Below are positions 53,401 through 63,941 of a DNA stretch of 64,000 bases, piece by piece (the first letter of the stretch is position 1; each line of letters begins with the position of its first letter). The DNA comes from an uncultured Pseudomonadota bacterium. GTDB lineage: Bacteria > Pseudomonadota > Gammaproteobacteria > Steroidobacterales > Steroidobacteraceae. The notes under the pieces were generated by a model. It saw only the letters and a program-made list of their open reading frames with translations, was not told the DNA's origin and made no database searches. A program made the position numbers and the translations under genes. Where the stretch lies: assembly GCA_963832505.1 (NCBI GenBank), contig CAWHUD010000005.1:68215-132214 (forward strand), given 5' to 3'.

Positions 53401-53955
53401 CAGTTGTCTCCCATTAAAATCTGGTCCTTGAATTCCGGCCAGGTGCGATCCTGCTCGGAGATGACTTCCGCGGCGCGCGGCCAGCGGATTCCAAAAGCCG
53501 GGTCGTCGAAGCGCACACCTCGTGCTGACTTCGGCGCGTATGGCACCGATGCCATGTAGGTGAGTTCGGTGTCGGGTTCGAGCGTGATGCAGCCGTGGGC
53601 GCATCCTTCGGGGATGTAGAGCGCCAGGCCGTTGGCTGCCGACAAAGTCGTGCCAAACCAGCGACGGTAGGTAGGCGAATCCGGCGCAAGTCAACGGCGA
53701 CATCGAATAACGCGCCGCGGACACAACGCACCACCTTGACTTCGCCATCGGGCGCTTCCTGGTAGTGCATGCCGCGCAAGCGTGCCGGCACGCGTGCTCA
53801 CTGAAGTGTTGATCTGCGTGAACGCCGGATTCAGGCCGTGCTTGCGGAATTCCTGCTCGCACCAGGTGCGCGCAAAGTAGCCGCGCTCATCGGCGCGGCT
53901 TTTCGAGCTCGATGAGTCAGACACGCCGGGCAATCGGTGGGCCGAGATATTTCAT
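53400..53955 (-). pseudogene. dTDP-4-dehydrorhamnose 3,5-epimerase-like (RfbC-family cupin) sugar epimerase; about 3-4 frame changes as assembled
   Basis: MKYLG..PGV..LIELEKPR/ADERGYFARTWCEQEFRKHGLNPAFTQINTS / LRGMHYQEAPDGEVKVVRCVRGALFDVAVDLR / ANGLALYIPEGCAHGCITLEPDTELTYMAS. Confidence 0.7.
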
Positions 53956-54037
53956 GAGTTGTGTTGAGTCGACCGGGCTCGCGCCGGCGGCTTGCGCGCC
54001 AAGGCCAGGAGTGTCATTCCGAGCAGGCTGCGTTCCT

Positions 54038-54718
54038 TCATTCATCGAGCCGCGACTGCGGCACGACGTGCGCCACCAGCTGGTTGAGCCGTGGCGAATT
54101 CACCAGGCGCAGCAGTCCCTGGTAGTCCATCCGGGCAGACCGAGGTGACCTCGAGGATTTCGAAATCCGGCTCGATGACCTGGCGCATGCGTTCGTGCCG
54201 ACAGCCATTTCGCACCTGCGAAGGCGATGGTGGACTGGGTCTCCGCGCGATGCTCGTACACGTACTTGTTCTGCGTCGCCAGCATCAGGTAGCCGCCGGG
54301 CTTGAGCGCTTCCCGGCATTTGTGAATGAAGGCGGCTGGTCGTCGAAGTGCGAAATCACTTCCATCGAGACCACGACGTCGAATTCTTCTTTCAAGTCCG
54401 ACTGCAAGAAGTCTCCGGTGATGTAACGGACTTCGGGAGTCCGATACCGCGCGCGATTGAGCACTTCCTCGGTGAAATCGATGCCGGTGATGCATGCCGA
54501 ACGGCAACAGCAGCGCACACAACCAGCCCGACCCGCAGCCGACGTCGAGCACCTTCATGTCCTTGCGGCCGGACTTCTCGAGCCAGAGCATGAACAGCGC
54601 AACCTGCTTCTGAACGCGAGGCGGCAGATCGGTGGCTTCGCGGCAGCTGCGCATTCCAGGCATCCCAGTAGTTCGCCTGCTCACTGGCGGTCGGAACGTT
54701 GTGGCTGTCTGAGTTCAT
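54038..54718 (-). pseudogene. class I SAM-dependent methyltransferase; about 4 frame changes as assembled
   Basis: MNSDSHNVPTASEQANYWDAWNA, ..LEKSGRKDMKVLDVGCGSGWLCALLLPFG (motif I), ITGIDFTEEVLNRARYRTPEVRYITGDFLQSDLKEEFDVVVSMEVISHFDDQ, FIHKCREALKPGGYLMLATQNKYVYE, C-terminal ..MDYQGLLRLVNSPRLNQLV... Confidence 0.7.
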
Positions 54719-55090
54719 GTTCTCTCCGCGGGTCTGGATTCGCGACTCAGCGCGATCCAGACCATGTGGGCGCGTGGCGCGAAAATCTCCGGTGATGAAA
54801 CGAACGTCATGCAGGCGCCCGCGCGCGCGTTCCAGCACCTGGCCGGCGATATCGATACCAGTGACCTTGCCGAACGGCATCAGCAGGCTGCAAAACATGC
54901 CGGCGCCGCAGCCGACATCGAGCAGTCGCATGTCGGATCGTCCCAGCGACTTGACCCAGTTCAGTACTTTTTCCACCTGCGCGGCCACCCGGTGCGACAG
55001 CTCCGAATTTTCGCGGCGTTCCACGTTCCACTCATCCCAGAAGCGCACCTGGTCTTCGAACGCGGGGAGCGGTTCACTGGATGAGTTCAT
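54719..55090 (-). pseudogene. truncated methyltransferase paralogue (N-terminal ~100 aa only), reading in frame into the ATG of the full-length copy
   Basis: MNSSSEPLPAFEDQVRFWDEWNVERRENSELSHRVAAQVEKVLNWVKSLGRSDMRLLDVGCGAGMFCSLLMPFGKVTGIDIAGQVLERARGRLHDVRFITGDF aligns with the first ~100 aa of 54038-54718. Homology stops after ITGDF, 21 codons before the next ATG. Confidence 0.6.
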
Positions 55091-55115
55091 GGTATCCAAC
55101 GGCTGTCGGCGTCCG

Positions 55116-56462
55116 TCAGGACTGCCGACCGATTCCCTCGTAACGAGGAACACTGGCCGGATCGAGAATGCGTCTTCCGTCGATGATCAGCGGAGCGTCG
55201 GCTTGACCGGCGAGCAGCTGCGGCACTTCCTGGAACTCATCCCAGGAGGTCACGATCACCGCCGCATCGATGTCATGCATCGCAGTCCGGAGCGAATCGA
55301 GATGCGTGACTGCCGCCGGCAGTGCGGCGCGAGCGGTTTCTCGTGCCACCGGATCGTAGGCGCTGACTTTGGCGCCCTTGTCGATGAGCAGCCTGGCGAG
55401 GCCGATCGACGGTGACTCGCGCATGTCATCGGTGTCGGGTTTGAAGGCGAGACCCAACAGGACAACCTTCTTGCCGCTGAGATCATCGAGGTGTTTTTCG
55501 AGCAATCCGACCACCCGCGCTGGCTGCGCCAGGTTGGTCGAGATGACTGCGTCGAGCAGCGGCATGGGCTGGCCGTGCGCGGCCGCATGCGCCGAAAGCG
55601 CCTTGGTGTCCTTGGGCAGGCAGCTGCCGCCATAGCCGCAGGCCCGCCCACAGGAACGAGGTGATGCCGGCCTTAACGCGCTTGCCGTCCGGCAGCGTGC
55701 GTCGTGAAATAGCGTGCCTGGTGAACACCGCGCATCACGTCGGCGATGTCGACGCCGCCGAGCGCGCTACACACGTTGCCCATCTCGTTGGAGAACGAGA
55801 TCAGCGTCGCGAGCACCGAGTTCGAGACGTACTTGATCATCTCGGCGGTCTTGTTGTTGGTGGCCAGCGTCGGCGTGCTCGGCGAACGGCTTGTACACCT
55901 CGCGCTGCGCGTCGACGGCGCGCGCGTCGATACCGCCGATCACGATGCGGTCGGGCTTCATGAAGTCGTCGACCGCCACGCCTTCGGTGAGGAATTCCGG
56001 GTTCATGCCCACACCGAAGTCGGCGCCGGCGCGCTTGCCCGAGGCCTCTTCGAGCACCGGCAGCACCACGTCGTCGGTGGTGCCCGGGCACCACGGTGCT
56101 CTTGACGACGACCACGTGATACGAGGACTTCTTCGCGCAGCGCCGCGCCGATCTGGCGCGCCGCCTCGCGAATGAACGTGAGATCGATGCGCTGCCCATC
56201 GAAGGGCGTGCCCACCGCAATGAAGGTGATGTCGGAGTCGCAGCACCGCCTGGCGCAGATCGGTGGTGGCGCGCAGGCGCTTGCCGACCAGGCGCTGCAG
56301 CATGGGCTCGAGGCCGTTCTCGTGGATCGGCGTCTCGCCGCGGTTGATGCGCTCGACCTTCGACGGATCCAGGTCCACGCACACGCAGTCATGTCCGATC
56401 TCGGCGAAACAGGCGCCCGAGACGAGCCCGACGTAACCCGTGCCAATGATTGAAATGCGCAT
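55116..56462 (-). pseudogene. ugd: UDP-glucose 6-dehydrogenase (UDP-glucose/GDP-mannose dehydrogenase family); about 5 frame changes as assembled
   Basis: MRISIIGTGYVGLVSGACFAEIGHDCVCVDLD, VGMNPEFLTEGVAVDDFMKPDRIVIGG, C-terminal VVLLGLAFKPDTDDMRESPSIGLARLLIDKGAKVSAYDP. The start overlaps the stop of the upstream SDR gene. Confidence 0.75.
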
Positions 56463-57607
56463 CAGGCTTCGTCCGCGACCTGGTTGTGGTAGTACCAGAT
56501 GAGCGCGCGCTTGATGCCCTCCTCGATCCCGATCCGCGGGTCGTATCCGAGGTGCTCGCGGCCCTTGTCGATGTTCGGGCAGCGACGGTTCGGGTTGTCG
56601 ACCAGGTACACGGCCTCCGGATTCGGCTTGCGGATCAGCTTGCCGCTGTAACCAAACAACTCGCGGCCGGTGCGGATCACGCGCTCGGCGAGTTCGCGTC
56701 ATGGAGATCTCGGGCTTCTCGGTGCCGACGTTGTACGGCTCGCCGTTGTGGCCCTTCACCAGCACCTTGTAGTAGCCGCTGATCGAATCGGCCGAGTAGC
56801 AGAACGTGCGCGTCGGCTTGCCGTCGGACCACATGACGATGTCGCGGCCGGCGAGAATGTCGCGCGCGAAATCCGGCAGCACGCGCTTGTCGGTGATCTT
56901 GAGCCCCGGGCCGTAGTTGTTGAACGGCCGCGCAATCTTGGTCGGGATGCCGTAACTGCTCGGCGTAGACCACGCACAGCGTTTCGCCGAAGCGCTTGGA
57001 TTCGTCGTAGCAGGCGCGCGGGCCGGTGCACGACACCAGGCCGCGATAGTCCTCGCGGGTCGGGATCGCATCCGGGCTCGGGTCGCCGTAGATCTCGCTC
57101 GAGGAATAGAACAGGAAGCCTTCGACCGGCTTGCCGCTTGTCCTTCTGCGCCACGCAGTACTCGAGCAGGTTGCGCAGGCCGTTGATGTTGGCGTCGATG
57201 CACTTCAGCGGATACTTGCGATAGAACGGCGGCGAGGCGATGCCGGCCGCGTGGATGATCCACTGGAAGTCGGGCATGGGGCTCGGCAGCGGCTCGATCA
57301 TGTCCACTGCCTGCACCTTGAGATTCGGATCGCTTTCGAGCTCGGTCAGCCACTGCGGGCGGCCGCGGATGAAGCTGTCCTACACCGTCACTTGAACCGG
57401 CTGTCTGCACGGGTGCTTGCGGTTGCAGTGCAGCACGGACTGCGATCAGGTAGTAGCCGAGGAAGCCGGCGCCGCCCGTGATCAACAGTGACTTGCCGGC
57501 CAGCTGCGGCGAATTCCTCGCGCAGGTTGCCGCAGATGTAATCGAGGTCCTCGTTGAGCAGATTCGGCGAGCGAGGGAATGGCAGTGACCGAGGCAGCTT
57601 GATTCAT
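56462..57607 (-). pseudogene. extended-SDR NAD-dependent epimerase/dehydratase, UDP-glucuronate decarboxylase (UXS)-like; about 6 frame changes as assembled
   Basis: LAGKSLLITGGAGFLGYYLI, WIIHAAGIASPPFYRKYPLKCIDANINGLRNLLEY, PRACYDESKRFGETLC (YxxxK), ARPFNNYGPGL, TRTFCYSADSISGYYKVL, C-terminal ..LGYDPRIGIEEGIKRALIWYYHNQVADEA*. Confidence 0.7.
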
Positions 57608-57930
57608 TATTTGTGAGACCTTTTCCAACGGCGCCGGGCGCCTGAAGCAAACGGGATGAAATTCGCCGGGTATCACCCGCGCGCGACCAACGCCCGAGAA
57701 AGTGGATCGCTGGCCCCGACCGGGGGATTTTCACGTCCATTCAATGGAATACCGGCGCGCATTGTAATCAGCGCCTCCTTGCGCGCAATGGGCGCGCGCA
57801 CCCGGGTGAACCCCGAAAACGTGACTCGATTCAACCTTTGTTTTCCGGCCCGGACGGGGCCTATGGCGACGGGCGTTTCTGACAAGATGTCGAAGAGCGA
57901 CCACGTCGAGGGCGGGCGTCGACTGCCGTA

Positions 57931-59183
57931 TTAAGTCGAACCGCCTGGCAAGAATCTGGTCGAACTGGGCGGCCAGCGCCAGTTGGTACTGCGCAGCTGC
58001 GCTCGGGCCATGGCGGTCGGAGGGGCTGGGCATGGCAGCCATGGCTCGGACCTGTCCAGGACCCGGGCCGGGTCGAAAACATCCACGCCGTGGCAGTACT
58101 CGCCAGGCCCATTCCGGCCATCAGGTCGTCATTCTTGCTGGCATAACCAATGGAAATGACTGGCCGGCCGAGGAGCAGCGACTTGAGCACATTGTGAAAT
58201 CGGGTCGCAACGACCAGGTCGGTGGCCGCGAGTTTCGGCCATGACGTCGTCGTGAAGGCGTATGTCGGGACGCCACAGCGCGCCGGCGGCGGCGGCCGGG
58301 TGATTCGGCTAAGGCCGCTCTCAGGTCTGCACGGGCCGGCGGTCGCCGCCCCGGTTGCCGATGAGCAGCTGAAGCCGATAACCCGCATCCTGCAGTTGCC
58401 CGGTGGCCAGCCACTCGACTGGTCAGGTAGCGCGATAGTTGGCTCCCCGGCTGCGCCTTCGGCGTGCCAGCCCGAATAACCCATGACACCCGAGGCCGAT
58501 GACTGCGCGGCGGCCATGCACGGGGCGCGGCGCGCGCCGGGATCGACAGGCAGGCTGAACACCAGGTCGGGCAGCACCGGTCTCGGCCGCGTCGACGCCA
58601 GGTCACGATTGCGAATTTCTGCGAGGAATCTACTCGCGATAGGAGCGATATTCCGGCACTGCGGGCGCCGCCGGAAGACCGCCGGCGCGACAGCGGATGA
58701 GCTGACCGGGCCGGCGCCAATACTCAGGAAAGCAGACGTAACCGCCCAGCCTGCGCACCGCCCGGCACCAGCGGGCAATATGGTGCGGCACATCGAGCGG
58801 CCCGATACCGAAATCGTCGGCAATGCCGGTACCCGGCACCATGCAGCATGTCGAAGCCGCGTGGCGGCGGCACGGCGCGTGCGCCGGCAGTCGCAGTGGC
58901 TCGGTGATCCAGTGCAATGCCATGCGCACGAGGCCGATTGCAGCCGCGAAGGCACCAGGCCCAGGGGCGGCACGGCACCGGCGCAGGTCATGCGGCAGGA
59001 TGGTCGGGTACGTCGGCAGTGCCGGCCTCGCGCGCGGCGGCGACGAGACCAGCATCAGTCGACATCCGGCGAATGCGTTCGCGAATGCCGCCGAGACCGC
59101 CGCGAGCGTGGCCTCATTGCCGAGATTTCGCACACCGAAAACCCGAACAGCCCGATGCGCGGTGCCCGTCGCATTCCGATCAT
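57931..59183 (-). pseudogene. polysaccharide pyruvyl transferase family protein; about 5 frame changes as assembled; 3' end uncertain
   Basis: N-terminus RIGLFGF/GVRNLGNEATLAAV. C-terminal signature ATDLVVATRFHNVLKSLLLGRPVISIGYASKNDDLMAGMGL. The ATG overlaps the GT2 stop (ATGA 59180-59183). Confidence 0.5.
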
Positions 59184-60100
59184 CGCCGAAGCAGGCCGCG
59201 ACACGAAACCGCCGTGATATCCCTCCTGCCACAACGATAGGCGGAACCACCACGCGCTGCGCAGGATGTAACGCATCACCGCGAGGCTTCGCGCAATGAC
59301 AGTGGTGCTCGCAGCATGGAGAGCACGTAGTCCCAGTGGGTCTGCCGAGACCACGAAGGCGTGTTTCGCGGGCCTGTGGATTCAGGAAGGCGCGCAGCTG
59401 GTCGGCGATTGAGAAATTTGGTGGCCGACTCGATGCCCCATGCGACGGTAGAGCAGCACTTCGGGCAGGCGCCGGAAGCCTCCGTAGAGTGCCAGCTCGG
59501 ACATCAGTCCCATGTCGCCGCCGGGGAAGGTACGTTCGATGCCCGTACGGCGCAGGATATCCAGTCGGATCAGATCCGCTCTGGGCGTTGTTGGCGCGCA
59601 GTTCGCGGCAGGGCGCTCGAACCGTTCGCTGGGGCGTCGTCCGGCAGTTCGAGATCGTGCGGGATATTCTCCGAGCGGCTTCGTCCTCGTCATCGACAAA
59701 AGCCGTACGACCGTAAGCGATGACCACGACTCGCGGTTCGGCGTCGCAGGGTGTGCACGCAGTGTTCGAGATTCGTTGGCAGCGCAAAATCATTGGCCGA
59801 GGCCCACTTGAAGTACTGGCCACGGGCTTCTTCGACCACGAAGTTCCAGTTGCGCACCGCGCCGCGATTGGTCGACGTGGCGCACGTAGCGTACACGCAG
59901 ATCGACGCGCCGCGAAGTCACGGCAGATATCGCGCGGTAGCGTCGCTCGAGCAGTTGTCCGCGATGATGATCTCGAAATCGGTGAAGGTCTGCACCAGCA
60001 GGCTCTCGATGGACTTCGCCACGTGGCGCGCGCCGTTGTAGACGGGCATTCCGATGGTGACTCGCGGGGGTCTTGTCGTGCTCGCAGCTTTCCCGGTCAT
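59180..60100 (-). pseudogene. family 2 glycosyltransferase; about 4 frame changes as assembled
   Basis: VTIGMPVYNGARHVAKSIESLLVQTFTDFEIIIADNCSSDAT, NRGAVRNWNFVVEEARGQYFKWASANDF, DAEPRVVVIAYGRTAFVDDEDE, LIRLDILRRTGIERTFPGGDMGLMSELALYGGFRRLPEVLLYRRMG. Confidence 0.75.
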
Positions 60101-61338
60101 GCCGCCGCCCTGCGCAACGGCGGACGTCCCGTGTAGGTCCACCAGCGCCAGAGCCATTCCATCGGCCCGAAGTTGAAGCGCGCCAGCCACCAGTGGCTCA
60201 CGGCGGCCTGCAGCAGGAAGATCACCACGCTGATCGCCAGGCAGGCCGTGGCCCCGACGCGCCCCATGAGCGCGAGGCCGAAGCCGAAGAACAGCAGGTA
60301 GCAGATCGCGGTCTGCGACAGGTAGTTGGTCAGCGCCATGCGGCCAGTCGGCACCAGCCAGGCAAGCGCACGCCGTACCGCCGCGAGCCGCCAGAGGAGA
60401 ATGAACAGCGCCACGTAACCCGCCGTCATGCACACCACGCCCAGCGAGTTGCAGGCATGCCGAAAGACCTGCACGGCCACCGGGTCGCTCAACAACCGGT
60501 GCGCCTGCAGCCAGCTGGCGAATATCCAGTCATGTTCGAGCACGAAGCCCACCGGCAGCGCGATGGCGGCGATCCACCGGACCTGCCGCAGGTACGGTGT
60601 GGGGTTCTTCAGGTACCCGCCGCGCGCCACTGCCACTCCGATCATGAAGCGGCCGAGCGCGTGCAGTATGGCCGCCAGTGTCGACCCGGAGATGAGCTGC
60701 CAGCTCACGTCCGTGCGCAGCTGCAGGCCCACGGCATCGGCGAACGAGCCGTGCATGAATACGTCGTATCGCAGCGCGAGATCATCGACCGTCGGAGTGA
60801 GCATCGAGCCATCGCCGCCGGTGAGCAGATAGAGCCTGCCGACGATCGGGCGCGCCAGCACCGCGAGCGCAAGCCCGGCGACCACCAGCGTGCGCGTGCG
60901 CAGTCCGGACAGCGCGAGCAGCACGAATCCGGCGAGCGCGTAGACGTGCAGGATCTCGCCCGACCAGATCGCGAGCCAGTGAACCAGGCCGAGGATCAGC
61001 AGGCCCGTGAGGCGCCGCGAATAGCGCCGGTGCGGCGCATGGCCGTTGCGTCCCATCGACTCGATCTGCATGGCAAAACCGACGCCGAACAGGAAGGAGA
61101 AAATGCCGATGGCCTTGGCGGACACCAGCAGGTCAATGAGTTCCGCAACATGGGCGTCGAGCGCGGAAGTCGACAGCGTCGCCAGCGACTCTTCGCTCAC
61201 GGCGTTTTCGAATCCCGCGAACCACAACATGTTCACCAGCAACACGCCGAAGAGCGCCGCGCCCCGCAGCGCATCGATCAAGGTCAGGCGTTGGTCCGGG
61301 GTGGCAGGAGTGGCGCGTTTGTCGGGTTCCGCACTCAC
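60097..61338 (-). CDS. DUF418 (YeiB-like) polytopic membrane protein
   Basis: Intact 413 aa (GTG start). LTLIDALRGAALFGVLLVNMLWF.., GRMALTNYLSQTAICYLLFFGFGL.., C-terminal FNFGPMEWLWRWWTY. This is the characteristic YeiB/DUF418 pattern. Confidence 0.7.
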   Translation of the reverse strand: MSAEPDKRATPATPDQRLTLIDALRGAALFGVLLVNMLWFAGFENAVSEESLATLSTSALDAHVAELIDLLVSAKAIGIFSFLFGVGFAMQIESMGRNGHAPHRRYSRRLTGLLILGLVHWLAIWSGEILHVYALAGFVLLALSGLRTRTLVVAGLALAVLARPIVGRLYLLTGGDGSMLTPTVDDLALRYDVFMHGSFADAVGLQLRTDVSWQLISGSTLAAILHALGRFMIGVAVARGGYLKNPTPYLRQVRWIAAIALPVGFVLEHDWIFASWLQAHRLLSDPVAVQVFRHACNSLGVVCMTAGYVALFILLWRLAAVRRALAWLVPTGRMALTNYLSQTAICYLLFFGFGLALMGRVGATACLAISVVIFLLQAAVSHWWLARFNFGPMEWLWRWWTYTGRPPLRRAAA

Positions 61339-62396
61339 GAGGTGACCCCCGGCGCCTGGACCTCCAGGGCGACGGGCGGCGGCTGCACCCAGCGATGCGA
61401 TTCGTTATCCCAACGGCGGGCCGCGCCAATTTCCAGCACGTATTCGCACGGACGCACTCCCACCTCGCGTTCGATCGTGTCGAGGATCTTCTGGGAGATT
61501 TCGGTATCTCGCTGCTCGGGAATGGCCGCGTCGGAGGTGTACGGACCGTACATTCGCAGGCGCACCTGGCCGGGATGCGCATCGAAGACCGGCAGCGCCA
61601 GCATCAATGGCGCGTTGGCGAGTCGCGCCAGTTTCGCGGCCCCGGTGGAGAAGCTGCGTTTCAACGCTCCGCAGAACGGACGTTCGAGTGTCGAGGAGCG
61701 GTTCCGGCTCCAATGTGCATCGACATTGATCGAAACCATGATCCTCTCGTGCTGCAGTTTCTCGACCAGTCCGGTTACCGCGCCCCCCGTGTAGACGAAT
61801 TCCATTCCCTTGGGCCGTATGGCCTGGCTGGCGCGCGTGAGTTGTCTCAGCTGCAATCCGATGCGCCATATGTGCGGCATGGGGACGAAGCGTGGCACCT
61901 TGACCGCCACGACGAACAGCTCGCGCCCGTCGAAGTTGGCGCCATTGAACACCGCGGCTTGCGCGGTGCCGCGCTCGAAATGCGCCTGTGCCAGGACGAA
62001 AGACCCCGGACCTTCGATGATGCGCCGGACTTCGTCGCTTGCCTCGAGGAGCACCGGCACCTCGAACGGACGATAAGTGCGCGCGATCATTTTCTGTTGC
62101 AGGCTGAATTCGTTCATCCGCTTGGCGTGCGAGGTGATGGCGAGCTTCAGTGCTGCTGACCTGCTGACGCCAAAGATCAGGCCGAATTCCCGCGCCAGCC
62201 TGCGGCCGTCCGCCATCAGCACGACAAACAAGGTCGCGAAACAGAGCGCCACCGGCCAGATCCAGCTGCGTGGCAACAGGTACGCCGCCGGCCGGAAGAT
62301 CAGCACCAGCAGGAGGCCACGCACCAGGTCGGCGCGCTCGTCCACCAACGCACGCAACAGCAGCTTGACCCCCACGCTCTTTTTGCTCCCTTCCAA
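61335..62396 (-). CDS. LpxL/HtrB-like (lipid A biosynthesis acyltransferase family) acyltransferase
   Basis: Intact 353 aa with an N-terminal TM anchor. GSFVLAQAHFERG (HxxxxE-type motif position), ..MVSINVDAH.., ERPFCGALKRSFSTGAAKLARLANAPLMLALPVF. The order of elements resembles the LpxL family. Assigned by eye only. Confidence 0.45.
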   Translation of the reverse strand: MEGSKKSVGVKLLLRALVDERADLVRGLLLVLIFRPAAYLLPRSWIWPVALCFATLFVVLMADGRRLAREFGLIFGVSRSAALKLAITSHAKRMNEFSLQQKMIARTYRPFEVPVLLEASDEVRRIIEGPGSFVLAQAHFERGTAQAAVFNGANFDGRELFVVAVKVPRFVPMPHIWRIGLQLRQLTRASQAIRPKGMEFVYTGGAVTGLVEKLQHERIMVSINVDAHWSRNRSSTLERPFCGALKRSFSTGAAKLARLANAPLMLALPVFDAHPGQVRLRMYGPYTSDAAIPEQRDTEISQKILDTIEREVGVRPCEYVLEIGAARRWDNESHRWVQPPPVALEVQAPGVTS

Positions 62397-62408
62397 GTCC
62401 GCTCCCGG

Positions 62409-63941
62409 CTATCCAGTGCCCGCGGTAAACCTGCGCGCAATCGCCAGCACGTTCTGCCGTTCGGTCGGTGTGGCGCACAGGAACAGCGCCGACAAAGGTA
62501 CCAGAGGCAGGATCAACATCACCTGCAGGAAGAACATCAGCAGGTTTCTCGCCGGCAGGTACTGCTCGAACAGCATCGTCGCCAGGAAGAACGGCAGGCA
62601 GGCGACCGAGGGGCGCCACAACGCGCGCCGGTAGAAATCCATGACGGACACGCCGACAGCCATCCTGAGGTAGACGGGTACGAACACCAGCGTCACGATG
62701 GTGGCCGGGATCACCGTGCCGACCGCCACACCCACCACGCCGATGGCATGGGCGAGCACGATGCTCAGCCCGAGATTGATGACGGCCTCGCCGGCCAGCG
62801 CCGGAATGAGCAACCGGTGACGGTTCGCACCGATGATGGCCGAGCTCGCCACGGCGCGCGCACCGCCCAGCCACGTGATGAATGCCAGCACCTCGAGTAC
62901 CGCCCCGGAACTCGGACCGAATTCCGGGCCCATCCACAGGCTGATGAAACTCTCGCCGCGCACGAAGAACGTCATCGCTATGGGTGTACACGCGAGCGTG
63001 GCCAGGCGCGCGGTCAGCAGCACGGCCTCGCCCACGTCCACCGAACCCAGTGACTTCAGCGCGCTCACGCGCGGCGTGATCTGCTTCGAGAGCGCGCCGG
63101 CCACCTTGCTGGCGTAATCGCACAGGTTGCCGGCGATGGCGAACACGGCGACTGCGCTGATCGGCAACACCACGGCGATCACCACGGCATCGGTATAGAA
63201 GATCAGCATCGCCAGCACGTGGATGGCGCTGAGGAAGGCGCTGAACGACAGGATGGTCTTGATCGGCTGGCGCAAAGGCTGGCGGAAGTCCAGCCGGAAG
63301 TTGGAATACAGCCGCCGCACGGCGAACCAGGCGAGTACGCCATAGGCCAGCGACGTGACCAGGTGCACGTAAGCCAGTGCGGGCAAGCCATGTCCGTCCT
63401 CGAGCACGACGATGACACCGATAGTGCGCACAGTCGTGATCAGGATTTCGATGCCCGCGCTGATGTCGAACCGTTCCAGACCGGTCAACACACCGCCAAA
63501 CACCGCTCCGATCAGTGTCGAGGCCACCGTGAAGCCGCTGATCACCAGCACGGTCTTCGCCGTGTCCGCGAGCTCGGGCGGAATGTTGAACAACGTCGAC
63601 GAGTACACCGCGACCACTGAAGCCACGGCGATCGCAACGGCGCCCGCGCAGCCGAACAGCACCACTGCACCGCTGGCGATACCCGACGCCGCCTTGGTAT
63701 CGCCGACGGCATGGTGCTGCGCGATGAAGCGCGTGACTGCGCCGCGCACACCGAAATCGAGCAGGCCGAGATATCCGACCAGGGCCACCAGCAGCGACCA
63801 CACGCCGTAGGCGGTGGCACCGAGGTGCTTCACTATGAATGGCGAAAGGAAAAAGCTGACGCCAGCCACATAGAGAAATGCGGCCCAGTTCGAGAGCGCA
63901 TTACGCGCGATGCTGGCGGAACGTGAAGTCGTTTGTGTCAT
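62409..63941 (-). CDS. oligosaccharide/polysaccharide flippase (Wzx-like, MOP superfamily)
   Basis: Intact 510 aa. About 12-14 TM segments. N-terminus IARNALSNWAAFLYVAGVSFFLSPFIVKHLGATAYGVWSLLVALVGYLGLLDFG is typical of polysaccharide biosynthesis protein / Wzx families. Confidence 0.65.
   Translation of the reverse strand: MTQTTSRSASIARNALSNWAAFLYVAGVSFFLSPFIVKHLGATAYGVWSLLVALVGYLGLLDFGVRGAVTRFIAQHHAVGDTKAASGIASGAVVLFGCAGAVAIAVASVVAVYSSTLFNIPPELADTAKTVLVISGFTVASTLIGAVFGGVLTGLERFDISAGIEILITTVRTIGVIVVLEDGHGLPALAYVHLVTSLAYGVLAWFAVRRLYSNFRLDFRQPLRQPIKTILSFSAFLSAIHVLAMLIFYTDAVVIAVVLPISAVAVFAIAGNLCDYASKVAGALSKQITPRVSALKSLGSVDVGEAVLLTARLATLACTPIAMTFFVRGESFISLWMGPEFGPSSGAVLEVLAFITWLGGARAVASSAIIGANRHRLLIPALAGEAVINLGLSIVLAHAIGVVGVAVGTVIPATIVTLVFVPVYLRMAVGVSVMDFYRRALWRPSVACLPFFLATMLFEQYLPARNLLMFFLQVMLILPLVPLSALFLCATPTERQNVLAIARRFTAGTG

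Noticed and set aside
57608-57930. Small ORFs (57656-57934 +, 57673-57885 -) in the gap splitting the EPS locus
   Set aside because: They show no similarity, no RBS and odd composition. The region is more plausibly the promoter/5' UTR of the downstream EPS transcription unit. I found no sigma-54 motif in it.
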